Notes under the pieces: model-generated | The model's database searches: none | What the model was told of the DNA's origin: nothing | Seen by the model: only the letters and a program-made list of their open reading frames with translations | Part shown: positions 53,876-64,000 of the stretch, piece after piece | Layout of the letters: every line of letters starts with the position of its first letter | How positions within the stretch are numbered: position 1 is the first letter of the stretch | Source of the DNA: Chrysomallon squamiferum | Taxonomy: Eukaryota > Animalia > Mollusca | Direction of reading: 5' to 3' | Assembly (NCBI GenBank): GCA_012295275.1 | Contig: CM022672.1 | Coordinates: forward strand, 992,001-1,056,000 | DNA length: 64,000 bases | Made by a program: the position numbers and the translations under genes

Positions 53876-54280
53876 GTATGATATTTTGTCAGTTTAATAG
53901 TGTAGTATACGTTTTGTTCATCTGTTTGTGTAGGTGTGTATGTGGATGGGTGCACATCGGTTTATATGTTCTTTAATCACTTCAGGTATCTTTCTTTGGA
54001 GGAGGATGAGTAAAGATAAACATATTCATTTAGAGTTTCATAAGTTAATGATGTTTTATCATGTTAATAAACAATACAACTTAAATTTGTTTTATTCTTA
54101 TTTTGATACAGAATTATCTAATATTTTATATTCTCCTGAAATTTATTTAAGAATGATTCAGTTAAACATAAAAACAATGCTGATATAAATTTGTTTAGAT
54201 GACCATAGGGTCAGGATGGAAAACAGATGCTAAAATATCTTTAAAGTAAATGTTTGTAATTATTTCATTTTGTACTTCAG

Positions 54281-54423
54281 GGTTTTCGCACTGGACACAT
54301 CTATAAAATTCCACTGGTTAAGCAGGAAAAGAAAGACAGATCTAACAGTGCTGTTGAAGTGCCCCCGGCCTCTAGTTCATTTACTTACGTGTTTGATGGT
54401 GATTTTGAACACTCCAAATACGC
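54281..54423 (+). CDS. hts: Adducin coding exon 8
   Basis: GFRTGHIYKIPLVKQEKKDRSNSAVEVPPASSSF...; phase-2 donor GTAAGT. Confidence 0.94.
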
Positions 54424-54636
54424 GTAAGTTGCTTCTGATTTTTCTCAGCCTGTACATAATTGTTTTCATGGATTATTGTGTTTTAAATTGATGTTTACAG
54501 TCAGCTTGTTTTCCTTCACTAACATGAGCAAACAACATCATAGTACACCTTCTAGAAGTAATTTAGGACTATATCTCTTGAATTTAATAAACTTCATAAT
54601 TACTAATGATCAGAATTTAGTGGTTATGCCATATAT

Positions 54637-54668
<32 letters not shown>

Positions 54669-54772
54669 CTTTTTTTTTGTTAATAGTAAATGCAGTTACT
54701 AACTAGTGATGGTCTTTGTTTTTTTGTTGTTTTTTTTTTTTAATTATTTTTTATTATTATTATTATTATTAT

Positions 54773-54806
<34 letters not shown>

Positions 54807-54936
54807 CTCTCCACTGAAATCTGCACTGGAAAGACAGAAGCAGGCTTACAAAGCAGGGTGGCTAACATCACCAAATACTTACAAGAAACAGGAGATAGAG
54901 GAAATAGGAACCCCAACCCCTAAGAAAATAACCAAG
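54807..54936 (+). CDS. hts: Adducin coding exon 9
   Basis: SPLKSALERQKQAYKAGWLTSPNTYKKQEIEEIGTPTPKKITK. Confidence 0.94.
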
Positions 54937-55065
54937 GTATTGTAGAGCTAAAGCATTTCAATTATTTCTTGAAATGTTACGTAACAGTATAATGTTTTAC
55001 TGTGCATGTGTGTGTGTTTGTCTTTTATCTCCTTAATCAATTTTTTTTTGTTTTTTAAATTGCAG

Positions 55066-55182
55066 TGGGTTCCAGAAGATGAACAACCCGGTCACACTAG
55101 CACACCCATCAAGATAGAGAGCCCAAATGTATTTGCACCACAAGGGGAAAATCCTAAGGAGTTCAGAGAAACACAGAAAAGA
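55066..55182 (+). CDS. hts: Adducin coding exon 10
   Basis: WVPEDEQPGHTSTPIKIESPNVFAPQGENPKEFRETQKR. Confidence 0.94.
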
Positions 55183-55945
55183 GTATGCTTTCAGTTCAAG
55201 CTGGTTTCATAATGTTCATGTAAAATTTATTTATTTCTAAAATACTTGATCCCTGAAGCTGGTGAGTTTTATACTCAGGTCTTGAAATTATTTCCAAGAT
55301 TTTTATTTTTATTTATTTTATAATTTTTTTATTTTTTTTTTTAAAAGAATATAACAAAATAAGAACATTTTTGGGGATTTTAAAGTTAATAATTAGGGAA
55401 AATAAGTTTTCAGTCAAGAGCAAGCAAATAATTTATTTATTTATTTATTTGTTTGTTTGTTTGTTTGTTTGTTTGTTTGTTTATTACATTTTGTTGTTGT
55501 TAGTTTTTTGCTATCGTAATTAACCATTCATAATTAACATTTAAGCATTTGAATGATACAAAACTCAAACCAGTTTCTATCTTGAATATGCAAACTATTA
55601 CAAAGTGCGTATTAAAGTATAGTTAAAAATATTTATTTATCTTTCTTGTACTTGAATTTATTTTGCAGTATGTTTCAGTAACATTAACAAGCTATAAGAA
55701 TTTTGTTTAATTTCTTTTCTTTTTTTTTTTGGTGACGACTGTTAACAGAAATTCAGTTGCAAATGCCTAAATAAGCAAATCTGTGTAGATAATAACAATA
55801 ACTAAACAAAAATCACAGTGGGAACACAGCAGGTTGTGAAAAATCTTCATTACAAAGCTACAGGCTTTCACAAATATTCCTCATTTCAAGTAATTTTTTT
55901 CCAAATAAAGTATTATTTCATACGCTATTTGACTTGACTTTTCAG

Positions 55946-56041
55946 ATAAAGAAAGATTACTATGAAGATAAAGTTTCCCCAGGTCCTCAGTCCAAAGTTC
56001 TGGAAGGACTTTCTTGGGATGAAGCTCAAAAACAGATGAAG
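55946..56041 (+). CDS. hts: Adducin coding exon 11
   Basis: IKKDYYEDKVSPGPQSKVLEGLSWDEAQKQMK (conserved GPQS). Confidence 0.93.
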
Positions 56042-56531
56042 GTGAAAACCTTTTTTCTCTCTCACCTAATTAATATTATTTTAAAGTGTGTAAAAATACA
56101 AACGTGAAAAATAAAAATAATAAAAACCTTGTCTACTTTTTAATATAGTAAGCAGATTTTTTTGATTTTTTTTATAATAATGGTAAGAGAAAACATGCAA
56201 ACGGTTGAAGAAATAGGTTTTTAAAAATAAATTTATCAAAATTTATTATTCTACCTGTTTCAGCTACTTGAACAAGCTCACCTTGTTTTCAGTTTATGAT
56301 AAATTAGATGTAATATGTTCTCTCAGTAGGTTATGGAAAAATATAATTTGTTCCTTCTATATACAGTGGGAAATTACAATTGGTTTCTTCTGTACATTGT
56401 AATGTGACAAATATTTGATAATAATAAAAATTGAGTCTTTTCATAAAAACAGCCAAACACTTTGCTTTAATGTAATTCAGGTTGTATATTTAATGTTTAT
56501 CATGTTTTATTTTTGTTGCTTCTCTTTCTAG

Positions 56532-56715
56532 GATGGCACTCTGAGTGGAACTTCAGATCATGTCATTGTAGTTGGAGCGGCTTCTAAAGGCATAATTCAG
56601 CGGGACCACCAACACAACGCTGTCGTTTACAAGTCTTATTACGCAGCCAATCCTTTCGAAGGTGTGACAGAAGAGGACCTTGCCAAGTATGAGAAACAGG
56701 TTAAGAATGAACCAG
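56532..56715 (+). CDS. hts: Adducin coding exon 12
   Basis: DGTLSGTSDHVIVVGAASKGIIQRDHQHNAVVYKSYYAANPFEGVTEEDLAKYEKQV...; phase-1 donor. Confidence 0.94.
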
Positions 56716-57010
56716 GTAATGTGAAGAAATTGTTACTTATTTAGGTAAAAACAAATTTGAAAAAAAAACAATAGCATATGCATATTTATTTATTTTTATT
56801 AAAGAAAGTTTTTTTTTTTTTTAATCTGTTTTATAATTGTCTTATGTTATTAACTTGAAAGGAAAAACATTTCCTATACATATTATCAAAATAAAATAGT
56901 ATAGTAATTTATCTTTAACCCCCTCCAAGAAATCAATAACAATATAGCAGTAATAATAATCTTTTATTCTTATTATGTTTTGTGTAATTTGTATTATTTT
57001 ATTACTGTAG

Positions 57011-57094
57011 TGGATGATGAGCTTGAACCTGGACCTGAAGGTCGTATTATCTCTACAGAAGAGCGCATGCAAAACCTGAACAAATCATCTGAAG
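57011..57094 (+). CDS. hts: Adducin tail exon 13 (84 nt, phase 1-1)
   Basis: TGTAG/GTAATT; VDDELEPGPEGRIISTEERMQNLNKSSE. Confidence 0.85.
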
Positions 57095-57887
57095 GTAATT
57101 GTAATTAACAAACAGAAATCTGCTGTTTGTGTTGTAAAACAGTAAGAAAACCAGTCATTGGTATATTTATAAAAACTTCACAGAAATGTACTCCTGTTGT
57201 GGCCATTTAACATAACAATAGCAGCATGTTTGTTACTAGTCTTACTATTCATTATGATTTAATACTTACTACAAGGATTTAAAAAGTTCCCACATGCTTT
57301 TTGGCAGAAAATGTACAATAAAAAAAAAAAAAAGGTAAGAAAAGTCCTAATACTGATGAAATAAACATAACACTTGATTTATTTAAAAGAGAAATCATTA
57401 TGTCTACAGCAGAAACAGTTAAATTAGAAAAACACCGTAAACAAGTGGCTGGTTCTCTGAGATTCTGTGGATATTCATTGTTACATTTTTTTTGGTTTTT
57501 CTTTTTTTCTTTATTTTAGTGGCAAAATACTATGTTGTGTGTTTTGCTGTGTGATATATTTAAAAAATTTTTAGTTTTGTTGTAGAAATTAGCCTTTCTT
57601 TTGCATTGTTCCAAGACAGATTGTCAGATTGCATCTTGGCTTATTTAAACAAAAATTAAATGACTACTCAAAATTAATATTTGAAGATTTTTGTTCATTA
57701 ACAACCAAAAATAATGAATAAAATAAAAAAAAATAAAAAGTTACAATAACAATATATTTAAAAATGATAATAAAGAAGGAGGAATTAACTAAAGAAAGGC
57801 TTAGCGTAAAGTTCACTAACTGTAGTTTGATAGTGTTGATGTTGTGTGTAGAATATTGATTTGCACGCTGCATGTTTTATGAACTAG

Positions 57888-57974
57888 AAACGGAAATGCC
57901 ACAACAGGCTGCAGAAACTAACATAGATGAGGTAGTGAACGGCCCTCCACAGAAATCACCTGAATCAGAGAAAG
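57888..57974 (+). CDS. hts: Adducin tail exon 14 (87 nt, phase 1-1)
   Basis: CTAG/GTTTGT; ETEMPQQAAETNIDEVVNGPPQKSPESEK. Confidence 0.8.
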
Positions 57975-58121
57975 GTTTGTACTTTGTTTTCATGTAACCT
58001 GCAGTGACACCTCATATCCAGTTTAGGTTCTAGAAAGCTTTTTTATTACCTTGCTTGTTGCTTTCTCAGCCTCTTGATATACAGTATAGTTTGTTAAAAT
58101 CTAAAAGATTACAGTTGCCAA

Positions 58122-58161
<40 letters not shown>

Positions 58162-58450
58162 GTAAAACCTGATTCCTTTGTACATACATGTCAGAAAGGT
58201 TGTCGCATATTATAAATTATAATTATTTTTATTTTTATTCGTAACTGTATAATAAATCTATGAGGAAGACAAAAGACATTTTCACAGTGAATAAGTAGTA
58301 ATTTGTTATCGTTTTAAATAAATGATAAAAAGACCTTAGCCGTGATAGATAATTTTAAAAATAAATAAAATAAAAGATGAAAGAAAGACAAAAAAACAAA
58401 TTGCTAAGCACTGATTACTGTAAAGTTTTTGGTTAACTTTTTATATGTAG

Positions 58451-58549
58451 CTCCTCCCATTCCTCCAAAGATGGGCAGGTCACAAGAGAATCTTCTAGCT
58501 GATACTTACTTTGCACGTTCGAGTGTGCATAATCCTGATCATGCAACAG
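58451..58549 (+). CDS. hts: Adducin tail exon 15 (99 nt, phase 1-1)
   Basis: TGTAG/GTGACT; APPIPPKMGRSQENLLADTYFARSSVHNPDHAT. Confidence 0.7.
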
Positions 58550-59541
58550 GTGACTTGTAAAAGAAACTGTTATTGGCCACATTTTATGCATTCATGTAAC
58601 ACACGTGCATTGGCCAAGTTGTTTGATTCAGCAGAGGATTTAACTGTGGCTTGCTAGCTTTGATCTGATTACTTGAACGGTGCAGGCAGCTGATGTTTTG
58701 CCAGTATGTCTATTTAAACTTGAAATTTAATAACTGCATACTTTATAGCTTGATAACTTTAATTCCATTACTTGGATGGTGCATTATTTACAGTTGCAGA
58801 GTGTGTTACAAGTTTTACAAGCTCAATGCTTTTATATTGCCTAACTGTAATTTTACATGAGTGTGTATTTATGTTTTATATATGAAGTATTAGCATTGGC
58901 TTGGCAGATGGAAATTAAAAATACAAGTATCTGTACTGACTCAGTGACTGGGTTGTGGTTTTATTATTGTATTTTTTTTTTTTTTTCCAAACATTGTCAA
59001 TTGCTGATAGACTTTATAAAGATTTATAATTTAACAATCCTTTAAATGTTTACAAACCTGACTTCAGAAAATTAACCGTGTTTTTCTTTCCCTAACTAAT
59101 TTCTGTTTTTTTAATATTTTGTTCAGAACTTGCATGAAAGTTATTTAATCTTTTAAAAATGTTTGTTAAATATTTGCACAAAATTACTAACATTTCCTTT
59201 TAATATTTACTTAGTTAAATAATTTTCCTGGTTCTTGAGTATATTAATATTCAGAAAAGTAATTAAAAATAGTTTTCTAAATAATACATACATTTTTTTT
59301 TTAAAATACAAATTGTCATTTTCTTAGTAATACAGGGACTTTTTAAAAAGATTTATTTTAAATTATAATTATTTTAATTAATATTTGAAGTCTTTAAAAA
59401 ATAATGAGATTTTTTTTGTAATAACTTTAATACTGTAGAAGAGAAAAGAAGACAAAAAAAAAAAAAATTATAAAACTTTTTGTAAATGACTACTAAAATT
59501 ATGTATGCTTGCATTGTTGCATGTTTTGTTTGCATGTGCAG

Positions 59542-59604
59542 AAAAGCGAAATGTGGCAATACAGAGGTCAAAGTCAGACCGACAGCCAGAAAGAAACCCT
59601 GAGT
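59542..59604 (+). CDS. hts: Adducin tail exon 16 (63 nt, phase 1-1)
   Basis: TGCAG/GTAAGT; EKRNVAIQRSKSDRQPERNPE. Confidence 0.75.
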
Positions 59605-60602
59605 GTAAGTACGACCATAGGTCCTACACACAACACAAATCACATTTATTCTTCATGATAGATGATTGGTTATAGGATCAGTCCTCCTTAATGCTTAGTT
59701 TGAGCTATATTCCATTTTAACCAGTACTTTAATTCTTTGGATTTTGGTACTGTTTAACACCCAGCCCAATATCGCCTTTATTTGAAGGTAGACCAATTGT
59801 GCAGTCATGCCACAAACAGACAGCCATTGCCAATATATATTGTTGAAGTAAGTCAGATTTCCTGGTTTTTATCATGTTCGTTTAAAAATTGCTGCAGTTA
59901 ATTATTGACTGTGGTATGTATTTTTCCATGTATGTAAATGGTATATCAAAGATAATGTGTCATCCTATTAAGTCATTCTGCTAATAGGAACCATCCAGTA
60001 ATTTGTGTCAGGAGGCTTCTTTATTCAAACATCATAACCACATCAGGTTTGATTTGCAGTGATCATTGAGGGTTACTCATATCAAATATTCTTCTTTAAT
60101 TCATAAACCATGAAAATATATTTGACCAGAGTATATTTGTTTCCCTCTGTTACCAACACACAATTTCCAAAACTGTAACATACTTAAAAGCATATTTACC
60201 ATGGTTGGGGATATTTAAAATTGCACCTAACAGCATGCATTAGTTGTTTTTTTTTTATATAAAAATACTTTAACATGGATCAGTTTCAGGAAAAGTAATC
60301 AGATGTGGACTAGATAATTCAAAGCAGTTTCTTTTATTTCTTTGTAAATGTAAATGTTTCTCTTTGCTTTAAATGATGTTTACTTGTAGCATGTTAAATT
60401 ATGCAACTGTAGCTTCACTGATATTTTTAATTTATTATATTTTTTAAAAAGTATTACAACTGTAATAGCTATTGTAAATTTATATTTATTTTTGTAAGTT
60501 TTCAGTTGTCTGATTGTGTTTTATTCCACTCTGTTTTTATTTTTAGTTTTTGAATGTGCTTTTAATTTGCTTCATTTTTGGTTTGGTTCTGTATGTTATT
60601 AG

Positions 60603-60659
60603 TGATTCAAGAACTTGAGAAGAAAAATTTGGAAAGGTCAAAATCAGACCGAAGAAGAG
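60603..60659 (+). CDS. hts: Adducin tail exon 17 (57 nt, phase 1-1)
   Basis: TTAG/GTGAGG; (L/V)IQELEKKNLERSKSDRRR. Confidence 0.75.
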
Positions 60660-61180
60660 GTGAGGTGCAGAAATAGTTTTAAATGTATTTGAAAAGGGAG
60701 TTAATTATCTCACATTATGGGTAGAGAACCTTAGAATGACAAATCAACTTGTTTTGTTTTTTAAATTAGAATTAAAATAATAATGATAATAATTCTTGTG
60801 TGTTTAATTCTGCTTTTTCATTATGTCTTGTAATGTTTCCTTGTGTGCTTTTTATTGTTATTTAAATTTTGACAGAATTTCTTGTAGCCAACAGGGAAAG
60901 TGAAATTGTAGGCAGTTTTTCTGTAAACATTGTGAGATAACAAATGTTTAACAAACAGGAGCTGAGTATAGATTAATCACAATTCCCATTGTTACTTAGC
61001 AGCTGATAATAAAAATATTGATGATGAGAAAATTGTGATGAGTTGTTACACCATTTTAGTATATTACTATGTAATAACAAACAAATAAATATAAATAGAA
61101 TACCATTAAATGATTAATGTGTTATTTGTGTGTCCTTGTTTTCCACTGGTATTAAACGTGTGTATGTATTTTGATAACAG

Positions 61181-61293
61181 ATGAGGAAATTGCAGTGAAT
61201 GACAAGCCGGGCTCCCCAGCGAAGTCTGACACACTGCGGTCTACAGATAGTGCTAGCGGAGGTGAAACTCTTGAGGAGAGAAGCAGTAAAGAG
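61181..61293 (+). CDS. hts: Adducin exon 18
   Basis: AACAG/GTGAAG; DEEIAVNDKPGSPAKSDTLRSTDSASGGETLEERSSKE. Confidence 0.9.
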
Positions 61294-61844
61294 GTGAAGT
61301 ATATTTTTAAACTTCATACATGTTCTGTATCTTACTATGATTATAAATTTATACAACATAAATTTGAAGAAGAAAAATGCATTTATTTTTTGTTTAGTTT
61401 TTAAAGCAGTTGATTTGTTATATTGATTTTTTTTTTTAAATTAATTAGGAAAAAAAAAATGACTAAAGAAATGCAAAATCATAATTATGTATTAAATGTT
61501 GTATTTGAAATTGGAGTCTTGAATTTAAATAGAACAGAGCCAGAATTATAGAATTAATTTTTTTTGTTTTTTTTTTTTGTTGTAGATAAACATGAAAATA
61601 TTTTTTAAAAAGTGTCGCTTTTTTAACTTATTATTATTATTATTACTGTAAGAAACTTTTAACTCTAAAATTACCCCATAGTTATAACATGTGCAGCCTC
61701 CATGATTTTGTGGATTGTCAGTTAAAAATTCATCCCATCACACTAGCAGTATTGAAAAATGTGTATTGGTAATTAAGATATTTTAGCTAAGTTCTGCAAA
61801 ACACATCTTGTGTTACTTTTCTCATTAACAATTCGTGTGTTTAG

Positions 61845-61961
61845 GGATCCCCAACAAAGGAAGCCCCCTCACCAACCAAGGACAAGAAGAAGAAGAAGAA
61901 GTTCCGCATGCCGTCTTTCTCTAAGAAGAAGAATAAGGAGAGTAAAGAAAGTGCCATCTGA
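61845..61961 (+). CDS. hts: Adducin last coding exon with MARCKS-related domain
   Basis: GSPTKEAPSPTKDKKKKKKFRMPSFSKKKNKESKESAI*, matching the adducin KKKKKFRTPSFLKK motif. Confidence 0.96.
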   Translation, partial: GSPTKEAPSPTKDKKKKKKFRMPSFSKKKNKESKESAI

Positions 61962-64000
61962 GTGGGCCATTTAGAGGCTGTTTCCAAGGAAACAACATTC
62001 AACCTGCTTCTTTCATTATTGGATGGAAAGTGTCGTTGTTTTTTTTGTTTTTTTTAACAGTTTTTTTTTTTTGCTTAGAACATGTCACTGAAATTTGTGT
62101 CAAAATGGTGTAGTTGTTTTGACACAATTCCTCTCTTTTTTAAAAAACTGGATGAAAGTGGAGAAAAGGAAAAACAAACAGAATATATTGTGACTTCAGT
62201 TCATGTTGTCTGCCTTTGAGTTAAGCGACAGTCTATGCATTTTAGTTCACTGGTCTATTTTTTTTTTAACATTCTAATGTAAAAAAGAAGAAAAAAATGA
62301 GAAAAAGGTAAAGTATCATGTTTTATTGTTTGGAAATTTTTTTTTTTTTGGTTTCTTAAAAATCCATTTATTTCTATCATTCAGTGGATCATGAAGAAGA
62401 TACATTTCATGTAAGCTGCGTTTCAGTGTCTTCTCTGTAATGTGCACACATACCAACCCTGCTGCCCACTGTCACACTCTGTTCTTGCTTTAACATCTAG
62501 TTTTTGCTATGGAGACCTGACAGTTCCTCTTTTTTGATTGGGGAAAAAAACTGGTGCTTCCAACCATTATTAGAAGATCTTCTGACGTAGAACTTTTTTA
62601 ATCATTGATTTGTTTTAATTGATTTGCTTTTTGTTAACATTTTTTTTTTTTTTTTTATGACATTTGCATTTCTTGCTTTTAGTAATAATAACAAATATTC
62701 TTAATTGTATGTCATTTTAAAAATTTTATTTAGAATGTTTATTTTACTTGTATCATGAGAGATGTTTTTATTCAGACCTAACATAGGTAATACTGATAAT
62801 TAAGATCTGAAACAATATCATTTGTCTTAAGAATAATTAACACAATAAATCTAATTAATTTGTTCTTTCCTTATTATTTTAATTGTTGTTGTTTTTTTAA
62901 GTTAATTTGATTTCTTATTATATATATATAACAAAACCTTCAGAGAGTCACAATGGAAGTACATATTTTTAAATGATTACATTAAACCAGCTTCATTATA
63001 TTCTAATTAAGGATAACATTAAGCAGTGCTTGAAATAGTCAGAGTGGATTAATTGCAGAAAGAAACTGGAAATTAGCAGAGGAAGAAAATTAGTCTGTAC
63101 AGGTTGGAGAATTGCTTTAGCTATTCAACAGTTTCTTTTTTCTTCTTTAAAACTGTCGACATTTGTAAAACACTTTTTGGCTAAAGCACACACACATTAA
63201 TTATTTTCCACTTTAAGAAAGAAAATTTGAAGACATGTTTTGAGAAGAGACATCCAATATCCATCTTCATTTTCTTTACTGTAAGCTACAGGTTGATTTA
63301 TTCTGCTTGCCTTAGAAGATTGTGCTGTTCTAAAAAAAAAATTAAAGATTTTGAATGTATGGTTGCTTGTTGAACTCATTTTTACAAAGTTTTGTAATTA
63401 TAATTGTTAAAATCTTTAAACTTAGCAATAAGAAAAAAAAAGAATGAAAAGAAGAAAGTTAAAAAGATGTTAACCATGTAGCTTTGAAATGTAGAAATAA
63501 ATAGACTTAAATCAAAACCAAAAATATAGGACAAAAACTAATGTCTTGAAATTGTGTAGTTGGGGGAAATCAAATTAGGTCAGTTTGAATTTTTTGCTAA
63601 TTGGCTCTGTATTTATTGTCCTAATGTCCTTTCATTTCGTTTTCGTCAAACCATAAGTGTGATAAATTTTTCTAAAAGTGATGGGTTTTAAGAAAGTTTC
63701 AAGTTAAAAAATAATAATGGCTCCTCCTTTATTTTTAAATAAACAAAAGTGCAATTACTTGACTATATGTGCTTGTATGTAGATAATTTTTGTACTTCTT
63801 GGTTTTACAGATTTTATTAAAAGGCAGATTAAATTTCATGTTTCTGTGTGTTGTATGTACTGTGTGTTGATGAAATACATTCAGACTTGTTGCCATTAAC
63901 CAACAACCATCATCCTGCTGGTTAACCATTTAAATGTGAAGATGAGGGAATGGTGGTTCACATGCTTTTGTAATTGTATTTTGTAAAATAAATGAAGAAT

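Overview
AT-rich, microsatellite-rich animal genomic DNA, probably a lophotrochozoan such as a mollusc (inferred from composition and protein style). Three spliced genes were reconstructed by hand from splice sites and reading frames. (1) The 5' end of ERGIC1 on the minus strand; its start-codon exon and nearby CCAAT box lie inside a ~1.1 kb tandem duplication and so occur twice (MQFDLRR / MQFNLRR). (2) A complete 4-exon inducible-type MAP kinase phosphatase (DUSP1/4/5-like, 381 aa, minus strand) with a well-spaced core promoter and ~18 kb of upstream DNA carrying CRE/ETS/AP-1 motif clusters. (3) An adducin (hts/ADD) gene on the plus strand with 19 coding exons (~799 aa), an apparent 2-nt frameshift in a conserved exon, and five symmetric cassette exons, two of which look like duplicates. 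The ERGIC1-DUSP-adducin order echoes human DUSP1-ERGIC1 and DUSP5-ADD3 linkage. Also present: an inverted duplicate of a foldback element bracketing ~11 kb, and a sharp CpG-rich/CpG-poor mosaic. Most ORFs in the supplied track are microsatellite or antisense artefacts. No prokaryote-type system (CRISPR etc.) is seen.
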